Assembly (NCBI GenBank): GCA_963789265.1
Contig: CAWBKB010000007.1
Span: 1 to 64,000, forward strand
DNA: 64,000 bases
Reading direction: 5' to 3'
DNA from: an uncultured delta proteobacterium
Lineage (GTDB): Bacteria > Desulfobacterota > Desulfomonilia > Desulfomonilales > Desulfomonilaceae
Every line of letters begins with the position of its first letter. Within the stretch, counting starts at the first letter, position 1. Under the pieces are notes generated by a model. It saw only the letters and a list, made by a program, of their open reading frames with translations, was not told the DNA's origin and made no database searches. Shown one piece after another: positions 59,474 through 64,000 of this stretch. The translations under genes and the position numbers were made by a program.

Positions 59474-61225
59474 CTATTTGTGCAAACGACGCCCTATGGC
59501 CAGGAGTTCCCTCGCGAGGAGGTTATATTCCTCTTCACCCGGAGGGCACTGCTTCATTCTCTCTTTGATCTCCGCCTTGCGCGTCTCAAGTTTCCGCAGC
59601 CGAATGCTGTCCAAGGAATGATCTATAACGCGGCCGCCATCGACCTCAGGTCTAAGGTCGTCTTCTTCATCTCTAGGTTTGAGCCAGCCTGCCACTATGG
59701 AAGCTAGATCTTCATCTTCCAGTGAACCGGCAAACGAAACTGGATCTACATTCCCTGCCTTTTCCGCAAATCTGACCATCCTCTCTGCCAAGTCCTTCAG
59801 CAACGGATCTTCAATATCCTTCAAAACTCCGCTTTCCAGGACCCGATCTATGAAGCCCTCCCGAAACAACATGCCTCGGACTACGTTTCTCTCGTCGGCA
59901 GGAAAATCAAATAAACTTTTCTGCGACTTCGCAGGTGATTTCCGCCTGCTTTGAAGGCCGGAACGCAGAGTCCGACGAAGTCTATCTTCGCGAACGCGGA
60001 TACGCGAGGAAAATCTCTCTATAAGATAATCCCCTTCTTTGGAATCGGCAATCTCTCGAAGCACGGGCAGACATTCCTCAATAGCCAAATTTCTGCCCCG
60101 CACAGTACTTACATCATGGTGAGCCGTCACACTGTCCAGGAGAAAATCGATCATTGGCCGCGCAGTTTCCAGCAATCGTCGAAAAGCGATGATGCCGAGC
60201 CTGTTCACTGCTTCGTCGGGATCTTTATCCTCATTTAGAATCAAACAAAGCGGTTCCAGCCCTTCTGCCAAAAACAGGGGGATCGATCTCTTTACAGCTC
60301 GCAAGCCCGCTTCATCACCATCAAAGACGGTTATCACTTCCGTGGAGAAACGTTTGAGGAGTCTTATCTGCTCGTTTCCCAGCGCGGTGCCGAGCGGGGC
60401 CACGGTATTCTCCAGGCCCCTAATTCGTAGCGCTATCTGATCGAAGTAGCCCTCGACAAGTATCGCGAAACCTTCTCTCCGAATCGCTTCCCGAGCTGTG
60501 TCGAGACCATAGAGGACACCTTTTTTCCTAAAGATCGCCGATTCCGGCGAATTCAGGTACTTGGGGTCGCCTTCCCCGTAAATCCGCCCTCCGAAGGCTA
60601 CAAGATTGCTGCTGAGATCGCGTATTGGGATTGTCACTCGCGAGCGAAAGTAGTCGTAATAACCTCCGCTGGATCGCGGTCTTATCAGACCTGCCGATAC
60701 TGCGTCCCTCAAGTCGACGCTCGCGGCTCGAAGACAACCTTGAATCCCTTCCCACGAGTCAGGAGCAAAACCCAAACCCAATCGGTCAAGCCATTGAGCC
60801 GGCACACCTCGGTTGGTCAGGTAATCTTTGGCAGATTCATTTGCACCCAAATTATTAGCAAAGTATTCCTGTGCTGCTTCCAGTGCTTTTACCAGGCGGG
60901 CTCGCTCGCCACCGGAACCCTTGCCGTGCGTCTCCAGTTGGAAGGGGACTCCGTAACGCCGTGCCAGAAGCTGCACAGCTTCAGCGAACGGGATGCTTTC
61001 GATCTTCATAATGAAGTTGAAGACACTACCACCGGTTGCACATCCGAAACAGTAGAAAATGCCTTTGTGCGGCGAGACATAGAATGAGGGGTCTTTATCA
61101 CCGTGAAAGGGGCAAAGGCCCCGGTAATCTTTCCCGGCCTTTTTCAGGTCCACGTAACCCGAGATAACTTGGACAATGTCTGCGGCAGCCGCAATTTCAG
61201 CAATTTTGGATTCCGATATGCGCAT
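59474..61225 (-). CDS. dnaG: DNA primase
   Basis: CPFH...CFGC zinc finger, KYLNSPE, VEGYFD and FDGDEAG motifs. Confidence 0.98.
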   Translation of the reverse strand: MRISESKIAEIAAAADIVQVISGYVDLKKAGKDYRGLCPFHGDKDPSFYVSPHKGIFYCFGCATGGSVFNFIMKIESIPFAEAVQLLARRYGVPFQLETHGKGSGGERARLVKALEAAQEYFANNLGANESAKDYLTNRGVPAQWLDRLGLGFAPDSWEGIQGCLRAASVDLRDAVSAGLIRPRSSGGYYDYFRSRVTIPIRDLSSNLVAFGGRIYGEGDPKYLNSPESAIFRKKGVLYGLDTAREAIRREGFAILVEGYFDQIALRIRGLENTVAPLGTALGNEQIRLLKRFSTEVITVFDGDEAGLRAVKRSIPLFLAEGLEPLCLILNEDKDPDEAVNRLGIIAFRRLLETARPMIDFLLDSVTAHHDVSTVRGRNLAIEECLPVLREIADSKEGDYLIERFSSRIRVREDRLRRTLRSGLQSRRKSPAKSQKSLFDFPADERNVVRGMLFREGFIDRVLESGVLKDIEDPLLKDLAERMVRFAEKAGNVDPVSFAGSLEDEDLASIVAGWLKPRDEEDDLRPEVDGGRVIDHSLDSIRLRKLETRKAEIKERMKQCPPGEEEYNLLARELLAIGRRLHK

Positions 61226-61441
61226 AGGATTATTTCAGCCCTTTATCCCACGGTTGATATGTTGCGTTTTTGCCGCTTACCTTTCGCAAAACCACATCTT
61301 TGCATAGCCTGCCTGTACATCAACTTAGCCAATGGCGGGCTGGAAAGCCCGTCCCACACATGTAATAACACTTGGCAGGCTAGAAAGCCCGCCCTGCGCA
61401 GGCTGAATGCTTACTGTAACGTGCCGTCAACGATCCGGCGG

Positions 61442-63790
61442 TCACTCGAAAGCCAGTTCCACCACCGTAACTCCGTCGCCCCCCGCTCGGATGTCACCGG
61501 GTCGGAAACTTCGGACAAGTGCATGGCCGGAGAGATATTCCCAGACAGCTTTCTTCAAGCGGCCCGTCCCTTTCCCATGAATGATGTTGAGTGAAGGCAA
61601 GCCTCCCAGAATAGCTTCGTCAATGGCTTTTTCAACAATGGGAAGAGCCTCATCGACCCTCAAGCCGATAACATTCAATTCCCATCTTGGGCTGACAGGT
61701 GGGATTTCTACCCTAACCTGTTCCTTTTTTGAAGAACTATTTTTGATGTTGCTCTGATCTTGAACTTCCACGTCGTCTGCATTCGCTCGAACTGTAAGAT
61801 AACCGACCCCTATCTCGACTCTTCCTCTGTCAAGCACTGCCTTGACTTCGCCTTCCCGGCCCAAAGACTTGACCCTGACCCGAGAGCCGACCTCAGGTAA
61901 CACCATCGGCTTTTCCAAAGGTGTTCCCAGTTTTGAGACGATTTCTTCCTTGATTGTGCCCAGTGTGTCCCGAGGATTGGCAGCGATCTTGGTCTTTCGA
62001 ACTTTCAAGGATTGCATGAGATCGGCGATTTGTTTTTCCGCATTCCGAATAAGTTCCCTGGCCTCTTTGCGGAACTCTTCAACAATCGCGTCCTTCTTGG
62101 ACCTGATCGTGTCCAACTCCACTTGAAGGTTTTGGCGTTTAACATCGAGGTCTCCGCGTAGGTTCTCCACCTCGGTAAGCTGCTGACGCAAACTCTCGAT
62201 CAGCCTTGAGCTGCCACCCGCGGCTTTGTCCGCGTATCTTCTTGCCGCATTCACTACACTGGGAGCAAGACCGATGCGCTCTGCGGTAACTATGGCGTGC
62301 GATTCGCCCGGCAAATCATAGAGGAGACGAAACGTCGGGGCCAGCGTGGCCGGATGGAATTCCACGCTAACATTAGTTACATCGCACCGGGACAGGGCAT
62401 AGGCTTTGAGATGCGTTAAATGCGTTGTGACCAGGACCTGAGCCCCTCGATCTATCAGTTCGTCCATGACAGCCATGGCCAAAGCCGAACCCTCCTCCGG
62501 ATCGGTGGCCCCTCCCAGCTCATCGAGCAAGACAAGATCTCCCCTGGACGCGCTATCCACAATCGCTTTAATTCTCAACATGTGTCCGGAGAAGGAAGAT
62601 ACGCGCCCTTTGATATCCTGTTCGTCGCCGATATCTACCATGATACGCGTGAAAAGCTGTATTTCAGTCCCTTCCCGGGCGGGCAGCAAGATACCGCACC
62701 GTGTCATAAGCGGAAACAGGCCGGCTATCTTCAAGGCTACGGTCTTTCCTCCCATATTGGGTCCGCTGATCACCGTAGCCTTGGTGGAAGGGTCCTGTAT
62801 CACATCCATCGGGACGACTTCGGTCTCCCTCCCGGCCAAGAGAAGCGGATGCCGGGCACCGACGATGCGAAAGCCTTCGGAGACCAGAACCGGCGAGACG
62901 GAAGAAGTTGCCAACGCGTATGAGGCTCGGGCCTGAAAGGCATCCAGCCACGTAAGAATTCTATAATCTTCGAGAATGATGCCGCGCTCGGATCGAATTT
63001 CTTCCGTCAGTTCTACAAAGATCCTGTAAATTTCCTCTCGTTCCTCATCCATCAACGAGGCCACCTGATTATTCAAATCCACCACGTGAAAGGGCTCCAC
63101 GTATACGGACGCGCCGCTATGAGAGTGATCGTGGACGATCCCGTCGAGCAGGCCTTTGAACTCGGGCCTGAGGAGTATCACATAGCGGTCGTTCCGAAGC
63201 GTGATGTAATCCTCTTGCACAACGCGAGCCAGATCGCGATCTCGGATCATCACGTCAAGCCTTTTACGAATCCGTTCCCGCATCGCACTGGTGCGCTTGT
63301 GGATCTCCTTGAGACGAGGGCTCGCGGTCGGCCTCACCACTCCGTTTTCGTCAAAGATCCTTCGGACATGATCTTCCAAAAGTGGGACTCCGCAGATCTT
63401 TAACGATTCTTCCCTGAGCAGTTTGAACCGATCTTCCAACGCCAACAACCGGCTTTGCACATGCCGCGCTGTGGCCAGTAGATCTGATACCGAGAGGACT
63501 TCCTCGACATCAAGGACGGCCGCCGGATTATCCAACCGCGCCATTATGCCGTCCATCGGCACGAGAGAAGCCAATCCGAGTGGGCCTTGGAGTCCGACAA
63601 TTTCCCTGAGTTCAGTAACTACGTTGAGGCTGAACTTGACGCGCTCGGCATCGCGTTCCGGAGATGTCGAGAGCACAGCCGCTCTCCCGGGTTGGGAAAG
63701 CGCGTGAGCAGCTATTTCTTCCAGAACTGCCGGCAGCTCCAGTGAAATCAAACCTTCAGAAACTAAATCAAGCACTGATTCATCACTCAT
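61442..63790 (-). CDS. mutS2: Endonuclease MutS2
   Basis: GPNMGGKT, SSFSGHM, LDELGGATDP and Smr domain IIHGKGTG; start taken at MSDESV. Confidence 0.95.
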   Translation of the reverse strand: MSDESVLDLVSEGLISLELPAVLEEIAAHALSQPGRAAVLSTSPERDAERVKFSLNVVTELREIVGLQGPLGLASLVPMDGIMARLDNPAAVLDVEEVLSVSDLLATARHVQSRLLALEDRFKLLREESLKICGVPLLEDHVRRIFDENGVVRPTASPRLKEIHKRTSAMRERIRKRLDVMIRDRDLARVVQEDYITLRNDRYVILLRPEFKGLLDGIVHDHSHSGASVYVEPFHVVDLNNQVASLMDEEREEIYRIFVELTEEIRSERGIILEDYRILTWLDAFQARASYALATSSVSPVLVSEGFRIVGARHPLLLAGRETEVVPMDVIQDPSTKATVISGPNMGGKTVALKIAGLFPLMTRCGILLPAREGTEIQLFTRIMVDIGDEQDIKGRVSSFSGHMLRIKAIVDSASRGDLVLLDELGGATDPEEGSALAMAVMDELIDRGAQVLVTTHLTHLKAYALSRCDVTNVSVEFHPATLAPTFRLLYDLPGESHAIVTAERIGLAPSVVNAARRYADKAAGGSSRLIESLRQQLTEVENLRGDLDVKRQNLQVELDTIRSKKDAIVEEFRKEARELIRNAEKQIADLMQSLKVRKTKIAANPRDTLGTIKEEIVSKLGTPLEKPMVLPEVGSRVRVKSLGREGEVKAVLDRGRVEIGVGYLTVRANADDVEVQDQSNIKNSSSKKEQVRVEIPPVSPRWELNVIGLRVDEALPIVEKAIDEAILGGLPSLNIIHGKGTGRLKKAVWEYLSGHALVRSFRPGDIRAGGDGVTVVELAFE

Positions 63791-64000
63791 GATCTTTGAT
63801 TTCGTACATAGTTGCGCTGAGTCGGCGGCGAGAAACGGAAGACCGGCACAAGACCGCAGAGGCAGAAAAACTAACACGTATCCGAAACGCCGTCGTTCGG
63901 TCCCAAACTGGAAGATGCCTCGGTTGTTCAGTCAAATGTCAATCTTACCGGCAAGCTGCTGTACTAAACCCGGATAAGCGCACCGGTATTCCCTGCGAGG

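Noticed and set aside
57661..63790. mutS2-dnaG-rpoD linkage as a novelty
   Set aside because: An ordinary macromolecular-synthesis operon arrangement.

Overview
Chromosomal window from an anaerobic deltaproteobacterium. A Desulfomonile-like lineage is my inference from gene content and a recurring lineage-type N-terminal domain. From left to right: a minus-strand fatty/organic-acid uptake and activation operon (acyl-CoA ligase, LivM, LivH, LivK, acyl-CoA dehydrogenase, double TetR); a PAS hybrid kinase and an HD-GYP regulator; an AbfD-like dehydratase; a BMP-type ABC transporter; a tRNA-Arg(ACG) integration hotspot with defence-like and toxin-antitoxin cargo (TIR-like protein, ABC-ATPase plus PD-(D/E)XK nuclease pair, truncated HepT, ParE-like TA pair, UPF0175); an NMT1/SsuA-type ABC transporter; a VKOR-DsbA fusion; a sigma54-driven Cys/Thr-rich type IV pilin surrounded by five GT-C-type membrane proteins (four TMTC-like with TPRs); etfBA; a GIY-YIG nuclease inside a TIR/TSD-bounded mini-element; a MEMO1-family gene; and mutS2-dnaG-rpoD. 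Intergenic DNA is dense with several REP families and MITE-like elements, some nested, and one REP composite is translated in frame inside a gene. Four genes carry single-base frameshifts that may be assembly errors. The best candidates for undescribed systems are (1) the pilin/TMTC-like glycosylation locus, (2) the GIY-YIG/REP mini-element family and (3) the ATPase-nuclease defence pair. All family calls come from motif recognition by eye; no database searches were run.
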